From an uncultured Holophaga sp. (GTDB lineage Bacteria > Acidobacteriota > Holophagae > Holophagales > Holophagaceae), in assembly GCA_963664825.1 (NCBI GenBank), contig OY761614.1:256001-320000 (forward strand): a stretch of 64,000 bases of DNA, read 5' to 3'. The notes beneath the pieces were generated by a model. That model did no database searches. It was given only the letters and a program-made list of their open reading frames with translations, and was not told where the DNA came from. The position numbers and the translations under genes were made by a program. Of this stretch, positions 46,432-56,504 are shown one piece after another. Position 1 is the stretch's first letter, and every line of letters begins with the position of its first letter.

Positions 46432-47673
46432 ATGAAGGAGCGGAAATCAGTCTATCCAACCTCTCCCAACCCGAAGGTACGCTGGATCGGTAAGATCGAA
46501 CGCCTGGCCTGGGGAGGCCTGGGCGTGGGCCGGGAGGCCGATGGCCGTCTCATCCTACTCTCGGCCCCCCTGGCGCTCTTCCCTGGGGAAGAAGTCGAAG
46601 CCGAAGTGCGCTGGAAGGCCCGGCATGGCGAGGGTGATGTGCTGCGCTGGCTGAAGCCCGATCCCCGGCGCCGCCCTTCCGGATGCCCTGTGGCCCGGCT
46701 CTGCGGAGGCTGCGAACTCCAGGAGGCGGGGAGTCACACCAATGAACTCAAGCACCTCATGGTGGAGGATCTGCTGCGCCGTCAATTGCCCGAGGTGGGG
46801 GCCTGGGAATGGCACCCGGCTCCCCCGGACGCTTGCCGCCACCGGATCCAGCTCCACTGGGCCGGTCGGCAGCTGGGTTTCCATCGCCGCCGCAGCCATT
46901 CCATCGTGCCCGTGCGCCAATGCCCGGCGGCCGCCCAGGTGCTTTCCAATGCCATCCCGAACCTGGTGGAGGCCCTTGAAGAAGGCGCCCTGCCCTCCCG
47001 CCCTCAGCGCTGGGAGCTGGCCACGGGCACCCCTGCCCGGGAGGTCTACGCCAGCCTAGAGGATGGGCGGGTCTGGCACCTGGAGCCCGACGGCTGGCAT
47101 GTCTGCCAGGATGCCATTCTCCACAAGCACCGGGGCGCCACCCTCCACCACCGGGCGGGCGGATTCTTCCAGGTGTGCGCCCCCTGGGCCATGGACGCCT
47201 TCGGCCAGGTGCTGGAGGGCTGGGATATCCGAGGGGGGACCCTCTTCGATCTCTATGGCGGGGTGGGGCTCTTTTCGGCCCTGCTGCGGGAGCGCTTCCA
47301 GCATTTCGTGCTGGTGGAATCCGAGCCCCATGCCGTGGCCTGGGCCCGGAAGAACCTCGAAGCCATGGGCCTGGACGCGGAATGCCACGCCCTGGACGCC
47401 TCGGAATGGATCCCTACAGGCCTGGGCACCTCCCAGGACACCCTTCTGCTGGATCCCCCCCGCACAGGCCTGGCCCCGGTCCTCGCGGAGGCCCTGAAAA
47501 CCGCCCAGGCCGGAACCCTGGTGCTCGTGGGCTGCGATGGCGCCGCCTTCTGCCGGGACGTGAAGCGCCTGGAGCCCCAATGGCATCTGGAGCACCTGGC
47601 AGTGCTGGATCTCTTCCCCCTCACGGCCCATGCGGAATTCGTGGGACTCCTCAAGCCCGGGTGCCCCCAGTAG
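46432..47673 (+). CDS. RlmD/TrmA-family RNA (uracil-5)-methyltransferase
   Basis: TRAM-like N-terminus, C..CGGC, FFQV, DLYGGVG, DPPRTG, catalytic Cys and DLFP.T.H.E. Start uncertain (46402 or 46432). Confidence 0.85.
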   Translation: MKERKSVYPTSPNPKVRWIGKIERLAWGGLGVGREADGRLILLSAPLALFPGEEVEAEVRWKARHGEGDVLRWLKPDPRRRPSGCPVARLCGGCELQEAGSHTNELKHLMVEDLLRRQLPEVGAWEWHPAPPDACRHRIQLHWAGRQLGFHRRRSHSIVPVRQCPAAAQVLSNAIPNLVEALEEGALPSRPQRWELATGTPAREVYASLEDGRVWHLEPDGWHVCQDAILHKHRGATLHHRAGGFFQVCAPWAMDAFGQVLEGWDIRGGTLFDLYGGVGLFSALLRERFQHFVLVESEPHAVAWARKNLEAMGLDAECHALDASEWIPTGLGTSQDTLLLDPPRTGLAPVLAEALKTAQAGTLVLVGCDGAAFCRDVKRLEPQWHLEHLAVLDLFPLTAHAEFVGLLKPGCPQ

Positions 47674-47676
47674 GCA

Positions 47677-48180
47677 TCAGAACGGCAGCGGCGGTGGCGT
47701 CCGCAGGGATCCCTCCAACTTCAGGAGAGCCTCCTTGCGTTCAAGACCGCCCGCATAACCTGTGAGGCTGCCATCAGAGCCGATGACCCGGTGGCAGGGG
47801 ATGAGGATGGCGATGGGATTGGCCCCCACGGCGGCCCCCACGGCCCGCACGGCATGTTCGTCCCCCAGCCGCCGGGCCAGCGTCAGATAGCTGAGGGTCT
47901 CGCCGTAGGGGATGTGCTGCACTTCGTCCCAGACCCGCCTCTGGAACTCGGTGCCCTGGGGATCCAGGGGCACCGTGAAGGTCCGGAGGTTCATGATGAA
48001 ATAGGCCTCGAACTGCTTCAGTAGGAAACGGAAGGCCTCTCGCTGGGCCTTGGGCGCCAGAGGCGTGGTGGCCCTGGGGTCCAGGCCGCCGAAACCCAGT
48101 TCCCGCAGCCTGCCCCGCTCGTCGAAGGCGGCTTTCATGGGCCCCAGGGGGGTCTCGATTTCGTAATACCAGAGAGTCAT
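47677..48180 (-). CDS. ogt: Methylated-DNA--protein-cysteine methyltransferase
   Basis: GTEFQRRVW, IPYGET, RAVG and PCHRV. Confidence 0.93.
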   Translation of the reverse strand: MTLWYYEIETPLGPMKAAFDERGRLRELGFGGLDPRATTPLAPKAQREAFRFLLKQFEAYFIMNLRTFTVPLDPQGTEFQRRVWDEVQHIPYGETLSYLTLARRLGDEHAVRAVGAAVGANPIAILIPCHRVIGSDGSLTGYAGGLERKEALLKLEGSLRTPPPLPF

Positions 48181-48236
48181 GGCGTCATGATGCCACTGAA
48201 CACGAGGTTTGCATCATCCCGAAAAAATATTCCGGG

Positions 48237-48461
48237 TCAATCGCCCCGGAGGGAATCCAGGTAGAGGGCCTCCACCTTCCTCCGGGCCCAGGGGGTCTTC
48301 CGGAGGAAGGCCAGGCTGGACGAGAGGCTGGGATTGGAGGTGAAGCAGCGGATATCGATGAGGCGACCCATCTCCTCCCATCCGCACCGTTCCACGAGAT
48401 GGCGGAGGATCATCTCCAGCGTGACGCCATGGAGGGGATCCTGGGAAGGCATAGGGGTCAT
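48237..48461 (-). CDS. VF530/DUF2132-family small protein
   Basis: DPLHGVTLE..L, GWEEM, IRCF..NPS..SSL.FLRKTPWAR.KVE.LY. Confidence 0.85.
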   Translation of the reverse strand: MTPMPSQDPLHGVTLEMILRHLVERCGWEEMGRLIDIRCFTSNPSLSSSLAFLRKTPWARRKVEALYLDSLRGD

Positions 48462-48733
48462 GGAAAACCTTGGGAATGAGTTCATGATCTTGGGGGGAGA
48501 GGCGGCTCCCGGTGCGCTCTTGCAAGCCAGCCCCGCCCTCCTGAACGAGGGATCCTCGTATCCCTCCAAGATAAACCACTTGCCGGACTTTCAACGGAAA
48601 AGCCATTTTCTGAAGCCCACCAGGGGATTTTCCAAGCCTCGAGGCCTGCCACAAAATACGAGGCTATGGGCAATTAAGGATGGCCGTGGCAAACTCGTGA
48701 TTGGCCCGATGGGCGCAGGGAGCGGCCTTGTCC

Positions 48734-49060
48734 ATGACTGATGCATGTGCAATCTTTACCACCTGTGGCAGCGAGGAGACAGCCCTCACTATTGCCGCGG
48801 CTCTCGTGGATCAAGGGGTCGCAGCCTGTGTGAACATCCTTCCGGGGATCAAGAGCTATTACTACTACCGAGGGGGCACGCATCTCGACGAAGAGGTGAT
48901 GCTCATCATCAAGACCACCCGGGGGCAGTTCAAGGCCGCCACCCAGGTGATCTCCGAACTGCACACCTACGAGGTGCCTGAGATCATCATGTTCCCCGTG
49001 GAGGCGGGCTCCCTGTCCTTCCTCGAGTGGATCCAGCAGGCCGTCACGCGCCAGGACTGA
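48734..49060 (+). CDS. cutA: Divalent-cation tolerance protein CutA
   Basis: LVDQGVAACVNI, EVMLIIKT, HTYEVPEI and FLEWI. Confidence 0.93.
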   Translation: MTDACAIFTTCGSEETALTIAAALVDQGVAACVNILPGIKSYYYYRGGTHLDEEVMLIIKTTRGQFKAATQVISELHTYEVPEIIMFPVEAGSLSFLEWIQQAVTRQD

Positions 49061-49080
49061 ACCCGAGCCGTCGGGCCCCT

Positions 49081-49126
49081 CTGTCACAGAATCGTTTCGC
49101 ATCCACCGCGGGTCTGAAAGGATAAT
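49081..49126 (+). promoter_or_regulatory. Candidate Pho box and -10 element upstream of phoB
   Basis: CTGTCAC-agaa-tcgtttc (49081-49098) and GATAAT (49121-49126). Confidence 0.35.
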
Positions 49127-49144
49127 GAGGCACGGGGGAACGAG

Positions 49145-49849
49145 ATGTCACGCATCCTGGTCATCGAGGACGAACGGGATCTCCAGCAGATCCTTGCGTA
49201 CAACCTGCGCCGGGAGGGCCATGAAGTCTGGCAGGCGCTGGAGGGTTCCGAGGGCCTACGGTTAGCGCGAGCCCATGCGCCCGAACTGGTGCTCCTGGAT
49301 CTCATGCTGCCGGATCTACCGGGCACCGAGGTCTGCAAGGCCCTCAAGGCCGATGCTGGGACCCGGGAGATTCCCGTCCTCATGCTCACGGCCAAGGGCG
49401 AGGAAATCGACCGGGTGCTGGGCTTCGAACTGGGGGCCGAGGACTACGTGGTGAAGCCCTTCAGCGTCCGGGAGCTGCTGTTGCGCATTCAGGCCATCCT
49501 CCGCAGGGTCCAGACCGCTAAGTCCCCGGAACCCGAGGACACCCTCACCTTCGGGCGCCTCCGCATCGACCACGGGGCCCACCGAACCTGGGTGGATGGC
49601 CAGGAGATCCAGCTCACCGCCATCGAATTCCGGCTTCTGGGCCTGCTCCATGAGCGCCGTAACCGCGTCCAGACGCGGGCTGCGCTCCTCGAGGATGTCT
49701 GGGGGCTCCAGGCCGATACCGAGACCCGGACCGTGGATACCCATGTGAAACGCCTCCGGGAGAAACTGGGCGCGGCCGAAAGCTACATCGAGACCGTCCG
49801 AGGCGTCGGTTACCGCTTCAAGGCAAGCCCTGAGGAAGTGTCGGCATGA
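49145..49849 (+). CDS. phoB: OmpR-family response regulator, PhoB-like
   Basis: IEDE, LDLMLP, LTAKGEEIDRVLG, VKPFS, TRTVDTHVKRLREKL and ETVRGVGY. Confidence 0.85.
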   Translation: MSRILVIEDERDLQQILAYNLRREGHEVWQALEGSEGLRLARAHAPELVLLDLMLPDLPGTEVCKALKADAGTREIPVLMLTAKGEEIDRVLGFELGAEDYVVKPFSVRELLLRIQAILRRVQTAKSPEPEDTLTFGRLRIDHGAHRTWVDGQEIQLTAIEFRLLGLLHERRNRVQTRAALLEDVWGLQADTETRTVDTHVKRLREKLGAAESYIETVRGVGYRFKASPEEVSA

Positions 49850-51618
49850 GACCCGGGATCCGCGGCAAGCTCTTCCTCATCTCCCTGGGGCTCATCACCA
49901 GCGCGCTCCTGATTTCCGATCTCCTGCTGACCTCATCGCTGGATAAGACCCTGACGGCGCGGACACGGACGGACCTGATGGTGCGCACCGAACTCGCCGA
50001 ACGCGAAGCCACGCGCCTGGCAGAGGCCCCCCAGCTCCCTGAGGATCCGGTTTGGCAGGCCCTGGCCAGCGAACTGGGCAGCCGGGCCCAGGCCCGACTC
50101 ACCTTCATCGCCCTGGACGGCCATGTGCTCGGGGACTCCGATCTGGACTCCGCGGGCATCCTCCGGGTCGAGAACCATCACGAAAGACCCGAATTCCTGG
50201 AGGCCCTGGCCCAGGGACGCGGCGCCAGCGTGCGGGATAGCAGCACATTGGGACAGCGGATGATGTACGTGGCGGTGCCCTTCCGCCGGCAGGGGCGCCT
50301 CGTGGGCGTCGTCCGGGCCGCCCTGCCCTTGGCCCAGGTGGACCAATCCGTGACCCACCTCCGCATGCTCCTGTTGGCGGCCTCCCTCATGGCCCTGACC
50401 ATCGCGGGCCTCGTCTCCACACTCGCCACCCGGCGCATCTCCCAGACCCTGCGCCGACTGGCCCGCACGGCGGGACGCATGGTGGAGGGCAATCTGGGGG
50501 AACGGGCCCGGACACCGGGCCACGACGAGATCGCCACCCTGGGCAAGAGCCTCGATCATCTGGCAGAGAGCCTTTCAGGGGCTCTCGCCCAGCTGAAGGC
50601 CGAGCGGGATCTCCTGGGGGATATCCTGGCCGGCATGCAGGAAGGCGTCCTGGTGCTGGACCGGAAATCCCACGTGATCCACGCCAATCCCGCACTGCGG
50701 GCCATGCTGCTGTTGGGTGTGGACTGCCTTGGGAAGCCGCTGCTGGAAGTGATCCGCAACGCCGAACTGGTCGCGATCCTCCGGCGCGCCCGGGATGCGT
50801 CCTCCGCTACCTCAGGGGAAGTGGAGCTGGCAGGCCTCATGCCCCGGCGCCTGCTGGTGCAGGTGAGCCCCCTCCAGGGCGAGCCGGGAGATCTGCTGGT
50901 GGTGCTGGTGGACGTGACCCAACTCCGCCAGCTCGAATCCATCCGGAAGGATTTCGTCGCCAACGCCTCCCACGAGCTGCGCACACCCGTCGCCTCCATG
51001 CGTTCGGCGGCAGAAACCCTGCGGGGGGCCATGGAGGAAGACCCCGAGGCCGCCAAGGTCTTTCTCGAAATCATCGAACGCAACGCCAGCCGCCTCCACC
51101 AGCTGGTGGAGGACCTGCTGGATCTGTCTCGCATCGAATCCCGGGAATTCCGGCTGCAGATGGAAAGCCTGGATCTCGGCGCCTTCGCCGAACAGATGGC
51201 CCATGCCTACCACAGGCTGGCCCAGGACAAGGGGATTGACCTGGAGGTCGACGCCGGAACCCGCGGCACCCTGGCCCTGGCCGATCGCAGGGCCATGGAA
51301 CAGGTGCTGGGCAACCTCCTGGATAACGCCATCAAATACTGCCCACAGGGGGCGCGCGTCCGGATCCACTCCGAAGCCCAGAGTGATTCCATCCGTGTGA
51401 GCGTGGAGGATTCAGGCCCCGGCATCCCTGCCCAGCATCTGCCACGCCTCTTCGAGCGCTTCTACCGCGTCGATGCGGGCCGTTCGAGGGAACTGGGGGG
51501 CACGGGCCTGGGGCTGGCCATCGTGAAGCATCTGGTGGAAGCCATGAGCGGCTCGGTCAGCGTGGAGAGCCAAGCCGGACAGGGGTCCACCTTCTCCTTC
51601 ACACTGCCCAGGGGGTAG
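49846..51618 (+). CDS. phoR: PhoR-like sensor histidine kinase (HAMP, PAS, HisKA, HATPase)
   Basis: [26 protein letters not shown] and [28 protein letters not shown]. Confidence 0.88.
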   Translation: MRPGIRGKLFLISLGLITSALLISDLLLTSSLDKTLTARTRTDLMVRTELAEREATRLAEAPQLPEDPVWQALASELGSRAQARLTFIALDGHVLGDSDLDSAGILRVENHHERPEFLEALAQGRGASVRDSSTLGQRMMYVAVPFRRQGRLVGVVRAALPLAQVDQSVTHLRMLLLAASLMALTIAGLVSTLATRRISQTLRRLARTAGRMVEGNLGERARTPGHDEIATLGKSLDHLAESLSGALAQLKAERDLLGDILAGMQEGVLVLDRKSHVIHANPALRAMLLLGVDCLGKPLLEVIRNAELVAILRRARDASSATSGEVELAGLMPRRLLVQVSPLQGEPGDLLVVLVDVTQLRQLESIRKDFVANASHELRTPVASMRSAAETLRGAMEEDPEAAKVFLEIIERNASRLHQLVEDLLDLSRIESREFRLQMESLDLGAFAEQMAHAYHRLAQDKGIDLEVDAGTRGTLALADRRAMEQVLGNLLDNAIKYCPQGARVRIHSEAQSDSIRVSVEDSGPGIPAQHLPRLFERFYRVDAGRSRELGGTGLGLAIVKHLVEAMSGSVSVESQAGQGSTFSFTLPRG

Positions 51619-51625
51619 GGGCCAC

Positions 51626-51687
51626 AAGTCTCAAGGCTGTCACCGACACGTGGCCTGGCTGACATGGCGGAGTCTCAACCTAGTCAC
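51626..51687 (+). promoter_or_regulatory. Array of Pho-box-like half-sites with 11-bp period
   Basis: aaGTCTC (51626), ctGTCAC (51637), acGTggc (51648), ctGaCAT (51659), gaGTCTC (51670) and taGTCAC (51681). Confidence 0.6.
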
Positions 51688-52734
51688 ATGACGAGCTCGG
51701 CGCCCCTCCCCTTGCCCCAGGACTTCTACCGGAAACCCGACCAGGGCGGGCAACCCTCCAATGTCTTCGATGCGCTGGGGGAGGATCTCCGCCGCATCCT
51801 GGACCAGCACCAGTTGAACCCGGTCTTTCAGCCCATCCTGGACACGCGGACAGGCTTTGCATTCGCCTTTGAGGGCCTCACCCGAGGCCCCTCCGATACG
51901 GTCCTCCACTCTGCGGTCAATCTCTTCAATGTGGCCAAGTACGCTGGCCTCACAGCCCAGCTCGAAGAGGCCTGCTGTCAGACCCTGATGCAGGCCTTCG
52001 CCCGACAGAATCCGGGAGGACGGCTCTTCCTGAATGTGGGCCCGGCCCTGTTTACCAGCGCGACCCACCCAGCGCCCTTCCGGATGGATCAAGTCACAGG
52101 CTTCGGCCTGCGCCCCGAACGGATCGTCATCGAGCTCACCGAGAGTGAACCTCCCTTCGATACGGAAGCCCTCCTGCAAGCCGCGGAACACTTCCGCGCC
52201 CTCGGGTTCGCCATCGCCCTGGACGATATGGGCGAGGGCTTCGCCAGCCTAAAGCTGTGGTCCGAGCTCCGACCCGATTTCGTGAAGATCGACAAGCACT
52301 TCGTCCAGGGCGTGAGCTTTGATCCCGTGAAGCAGCAGTTCCTGAAATCCATCCGAGATCTCGCCATCGGCACCGGGGCCCAAGTCGTAGCCGAGGGCAT
52401 CGAGACCGAAGCCGATCTCTCCGTCGTGCTGGAGCTGGGGTTGGAATTTGTCCAGGGATATCTCCTCGGGCGCCCTGCCCCGACGATCAGTTCCCCGAGT
52501 CCCCATGAGCTTCTGCGGAGAGGGCCGAAAGGACAGCCTCCGTTCCGGAATGGGTTCGGCCACCAGAGCCGCATCACGGCCGAACACCTGCTTTGCGCTG
52601 TTACACCCACCGGGGAATTTCCACGGCCTCCAGCTACGCGAAGAAACGCGCCAAGGATATCGAAGGCTGTTCGATGTTCATCGAACGGCGCACGGCCGAA
52701 GGCAAGCTCCCAGCGGGGGAATAGGCTTCCCTAG
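51664..52734 (+). CDS. EAL-domain c-di-GMP phosphodiesterase, C-terminally truncated by internal deletion
   Basis: [35 protein letters not shown] and QGY are intact; the tail after about 52605 is non-homologous. Start may be ATG 51688. Confidence 0.85.
   Translation: MAESQPSHMTSSAPLPLPQDFYRKPDQGGQPSNVFDALGEDLRRILDQHQLNPVFQPILDTRTGFAFAFEGLTRGPSDTVLHSAVNLFNVAKYAGLTAQLEEACCQTLMQAFARQNPGGRLFLNVGPALFTSATHPAPFRMDQVTGFGLRPERIVIELTESEPPFDTEALLQAAEHFRALGFAIALDDMGEGFASLKLWSELRPDFVKIDKHFVQGVSFDPVKQQFLKSIRDLAIGTGAQVVAEGIETEADLSVVLELGLEFVQGYLLGRPAPTISSPSPHELLRRGPKGQPPFRNGFGHQSRITAEHLLCAVTPTGEFPRPPATRRNAPRISKAVRCSSNGARPKASSQRGNRLP
52605..52724 (+). pseudogene. Out-of-frame remnant of the original C-terminus (end of a GGDEF-type domain)
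   Basis: Alternate frame reads [39 protein letters not shown]. Confidence 0.6.
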
Positions 52735-53249
52735 GGCAGCACCTCAAACCCATCCAGGAAGGCCTGAGCCCGACCTTCGCCTCCCACCGAGGTGGTGGCT
52801 TCGACCCGATGGAGGCGTCCCCGGCGCACGATCAGGGCACCGTACAGGAAGGTGCCCATGGGACTCCGGACGTGGTAGGTGCATCCGGGCCCCTTCTCGA
52901 GGGGCAAATCTCCCCACTCCACCTTGCCAAAACGCTGGAGCAGCCAGCGGTGGTAGGTCTCCAGCACCGCAGCAGGGGTGGTGCCCCCTTGGGTCCCGGA
53001 GGGCAGATTGGCGACTTCGGCCTGGAAGTTCGTATCCATGCGCCCACCCGGCCGATAGGCCTGGCCGAACCATTCCATGGAACCGAAGGGCGTGGTTTCC
53101 ACATAGCGAATCTTCTGCGGGGTGCCTGGAAAGACCGCGGCAATGCCAAGCTGCTCATCCCGGAAGGGCACAGGGCGTTCCCTCTCGCAACCCAGACCGC
53201 AGAGCACCACCACGGCACAGCTCCAGATTCCCATCCGATTCATGTTCAT
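52731..53249 (-). CDS. Hypothetical lipoprotein
   Basis: Lipobox LGC, AVFPGTP and C-terminal AFLDGF; overlaps the upstream kinase stop. Confidence 0.7.
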   Translation of the reverse strand: MNMNRMGIWSCAVVVLCGLGCERERPVPFRDEQLGIAAVFPGTPQKIRYVETTPFGSMEWFGQAYRPGGRMDTNFQAEVANLPSGTQGGTTPAAVLETYHRWLLQRFGKVEWGDLPLEKGPGCTYHVRSPMGTFLYGALIVRRGRLHRVEATTSVGGEGRAQAFLDGFEVLP

Positions 53250-55021
53250 GCCTCTGAAGACGGCTCGCCGCCATGGGCCAGCACGCGGTGCACAACGGAC
53301 AACACTTCCCGGACGCTGCAGGGTTTGGATAGGAAGCCCGCGAGCCCTTTCCCGTTGCCCTTGAGAGCCGTCATGGCCTCCTGTTGACTGTAGCCGCTCA
53401 TGAGCACCACAGGCACCTCGGGAGCCACGCGCTGGATCTCCGCAAAGACCTCGTCCCCCCCCATGCGAGGCATGGTCAGGTCCAGCAGCACCAGGCGAAT
53501 GGAGGACCGTTGGCGCACGAAAGCGCCGAAGCCATCCACCCCGTCCACCGCTTCGATGACCTTGAAGCCCGCCTGTTCCAGGCCCTGGCGGAGGATCAAA
53601 CGGATGGTGGGTTCGTCGTCCACCAGCAGGATGAGACCCGGTCCGGTGGCACTGGATATCACTTCATCAGCCACCTCGAGGACTCCCGATTCCTTTTCGG
53701 CGATGGGGAAGAAGATCCGGATGGTGGAGCCTCCCCCGGGGATGCTGCTGGTCTGTAGGGCGCCCTGATGCTCCCGGGCGATCCCCTGCACGGTGAGCAT
53801 GCCCAGGCCTCGCCCCGGATGCTTGGTGCTGAAGAAGGGATCGAAGATGCCGCTGAGGGTCTCCTCGGACATCCCCTGCCCCGTGTCCCTTACTTCCAGA
53901 TAGACGTAGTCCCCGAGCAGGGCCGTGGGGATATCCGGATCGCTTCCATCCAGGTGCTTCAGGGCCGTCGTGATGGTGATCTCCCCTTCCTGGTTGCCCA
54001 GGGCCTCCATGGCGTTGACCACGAGATTGAGCAGGGCGTGACGAACCTGATGGGGGTCCGCGTTGACTCTTGGGAGATCGTTTTCCAATTCCAATACCAG
54101 GTTCACGTTCTCCGGCATGAGGCTCTCGACCAGGGGAAGCCCCTCACGGATGCTGTCGTTGAGCTGATGGCGAACGATCTGGACTCGCCCCCGGCCCGCG
54201 TACGCCAGCATCTGCCGACAGAGTTTGGAAGCCCGCTCGGTGCCCTCGCCGATCTTCCGGCAGGTGTCCTGGAGCTTCGCAGGATCCAGGCTCTCGATGC
54301 CGAGATCGGCATAGCCCTGGATGCCCATCAGAATATTGTTGAGGTCATGGGCCAGACGCCGGGCCAGCATGCCCAGGCTCTCGAATTCGTGAGCCTGCAC
54401 CAGGGCCGCCTCGTACGAACGCTGCTCGGTGATGTCATGCACCACCACCAGGATCTCCCAGGGACGGCCATCGGGATGACGCGCGAAGACCACCCGGCGG
54501 CTGCGGAACCAGCGGTACTCCCCCCACTTGCTCAGGATTCGGTAGACCTCTTCCTGGGCCTCTTCCTTGAGCTGGGCGGTGCCAGGTTCCAGCAGCCGCT
54601 CCCACTGGCGACTGAGCAGTTTCTGGTCCTCGGGATGGACCAATGTCTGGAAGAAGATCAGGCCTCCCTCCAGGAAGTCCCCGGGGGTGTAGCCCAGGAG
54701 TTTTTCCACGGCCTGATTCATGTAGACGTAGGTCTGGGTATCCACATCGATGATGGCGTGGACATCCTGGGAGAGCTCCGCGACCCGTTCGATGTAATCC
54801 TCCCCGTGATCCAGGGCCCGATTCACCTCCCGAGTCTGGAGGGCCATGCGATTGAAGAGCAGGAGCCCCAGCATTCCCATGAAGACCACAGCCCCCATCA
54901 CCGGAACCCGGAGGGGCTCCTTGAAAAGGGCCAGACACCCCATCACCAGGAGGAAGGAAGCCACGAAGAGGGCCAGGATGAATTGGGGAGAGAAGAGCCT
55001 GCGGAGCTTGGGTTGAGCCAT
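53246..55021 (-). CDS. PAS-containing hybrid histidine kinase
   Basis: Two TM helices, PAS (VHPED..YRWF), LAHDLNN, FDPFFSTK and receiver LVDDE..LDLTMP. Confidence 0.9.
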   Translation of the reverse strand: MAQPKLRRLFSPQFILALFVASFLLVMGCLALFKEPLRVPVMGAVVFMGMLGLLLFNRMALQTREVNRALDHGEDYIERVAELSQDVHAIIDVDTQTYVYMNQAVEKLLGYTPGDFLEGGLIFFQTLVHPEDQKLLSRQWERLLEPGTAQLKEEAQEEVYRILSKWGEYRWFRSRRVVFARHPDGRPWEILVVVHDITEQRSYEAALVQAHEFESLGMLARRLAHDLNNILMGIQGYADLGIESLDPAKLQDTCRKIGEGTERASKLCRQMLAYAGRGRVQIVRHQLNDSIREGLPLVESLMPENVNLVLELENDLPRVNADPHQVRHALLNLVVNAMEALGNQEGEITITTALKHLDGSDPDIPTALLGDYVYLEVRDTGQGMSEETLSGIFDPFFSTKHPGRGLGMLTVQGIAREHQGALQTSSIPGGGSTIRIFFPIAEKESGVLEVADEVISSATGPGLILLVDDEPTIRLILRQGLEQAGFKVIEAVDGVDGFGAFVRQRSSIRLVLLDLTMPRMGGDEVFAEIQRVAPEVPVVLMSGYSQQEAMTALKGNGKGLAGFLSKPCSVREVLSVVHRVLAHGGEPSSEA

Positions 55022-55144
55022 CGACGTACTCCGGGCCTCGAGGGAGGATGAGCTGAATCTAGTGCAGCCAGCCCTCACCTTCCACACCTTTTTGCCCTGG
55101 ATCCCGTTCTCACCTATCGAGGGGAGAAGGCCATGGGCCAAGGA

Positions 55145-55645
55145 TCAGGGTTCCCGGAGAGCCTCTTCCAGCGCCTTTTCGGCCCTGCCAGCGGTATAGC
55201 CACTCCAGCGCTCCCGCAGGCGCCCATGGCGATCCAAGATCAGGGTCGTGGGGATGCCCCGGATTTCCCCGAAGGGACTCAGGGCCTCGGGGCCCGCAGG
55301 CAGGAAGACCTCCAGCCCCAACTGCGGATGGGCGTCCAGGAAGGGCTTCACATCATCCCAACCCCCTCGATCCACCGAGATGGGCAGGACGACGAAGGAT
55401 TCCCCGGCCCGCTTCTGCAGGGCCGCCACTTCGGGAAGGCTGGCGCGGCAAGGGGGACACCAGGTGGCCCAGACATCCACCACCACGACCCTTCCGTTGA
55501 ACTCCGCCAGGCTCCGTTTCGCGCCGGAGGCGTCCAGGAATTCAACGCTATCCACGCGTTTGCGCGAGGAGCCCCCTCCGAAGCCACAGCCCACCAAGAG
55601 GACGCCCCCCAGGATGGGAAGAAGGAATCGGCCGATGCGGTCCAT
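55145..55645 (-). CDS. TlpA-family thiol-disulfide oxidoreductase (lipoprotein)
   Basis: Lipobox LVGC, WATWCPPC and cis-Pro GIPTT. Confidence 0.92.
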   Translation of the reverse strand: MDRIGRFLLPILGGVLLVGCGFGGGSSRKRVDSVEFLDASGAKRSLAEFNGRVVVVDVWATWCPPCRASLPEVAALQKRAGESFVVLPISVDRGGWDDVKPFLDAHPQLGLEVFLPAGPEALSPFGEIRGIPTTLILDRHGRLRERWSGYTAGRAEKALEEALREP

Positions 55646-55713
55646 GGGTCACCTCTGCGCCACCAGGATACCGACCCACCCGTCCATCTCCCAATCCGAG
55701 GCAAGGGCCGCCT

Positions 55714-56190
55714 TCACGCCCCCAGGGGCTTGGCCCATTCCCAGAGTACATTGACCACGGCCCAGCGCCCTCGGAAGGCCACCAGGTGGATATAGGCCAC
55801 CCAATCGCCCAGGATCGCCCTCACGCTCGCGGCGTGTCCCCGGACATCCAGCACCGACACCTCCGGGCGCCGATGGCCAGGGTCTGTGTGAAGGCCCATA
55901 CGGGCTGGAGCCCCCAGGAGATCCATGAAGCCAAGGGCCTTCCCCAGGCGGGGGGGCACGGATTCCCGCGGGCCCGCCTCCAGCACCCGGGAGATCAGAT
56001 CGGGATGGAGGCAGCGTTCCAGGGCGGCTTCATCGCCCTCGAACCAGGCCTCGGCAAAGGCCTGCACACCCTGAATGATGCTGTCGAGCTCGGCGGGCAC
56101 TTGGAGCCTCCCAGCAGAATGCGGGGCGCCTCGGACCGCCCCCAGCGTGCCCATGAAGAGAATGGAAGACTTGAGCGTTCCGCGCGGCAT
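55714..56190 (-). CDS. NTF2-like (lumazine-binding-like) protein
   Basis: AWFEGD...LERCLHPDL, VLDVRGHAASV and YIHL...GRW.VVNVLW. Confidence 0.7.
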   Translation of the reverse strand: MPRGTLKSSILFMGTLGAVRGAPHSAGRLQVPAELDSIIQGVQAFAEAWFEGDEAALERCLHPDLISRVLEAGPRESVPPRLGKALGFMDLLGAPARMGLHTDPGHRRPEVSVLDVRGHAASVRAILGDWVAYIHLVAFRGRWAVVNVLWEWAKPLGA

Positions 56191-56296
56191 GGGAACCCTC
56201 CTTGATAGCTAGGGGAATGGTTGGGTATGAATAAGGTGCCCCAAGGATGGGCCAGGTTCCCTCGGGAAACAACGGATCTACATGAAAAAAACAATC

Positions 56297-56320
56297 AAAT
56301 TACTACTAAGTATGTAATTT
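56297..56320. promoter_or_regulatory. AT-rich inverted repeat, candidate operator
   Basis: AAATTAC-N10-GTAATTT in the divergent intergenic region. Confidence 0.4.
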
Positions 56321-56504
56321 TTGCCCACCACGACAACACCCAGATAACCATTTCAGCTTCCCCTTCAGATTCGATCACGAGGAAAGCCCCTCGTCGAATC
56401 GACATATCAGATGCGGTGTCCGGGCTTCACCTGGACACCACCTGTGGGTCAACGGAAGCAACCGGTCCCCCCTTTCAAGACAGGAAGTCTTCTACGCTGG
56501 AGGG

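Noticed and set aside
56230..56280. Cobalamin riboswitch-like start (AGGTGCC...GGGAA)
   Set aside because: The downstream conserved elements (GCnACTG, B12 box) are absent and the flanking genes are unrelated to B12.
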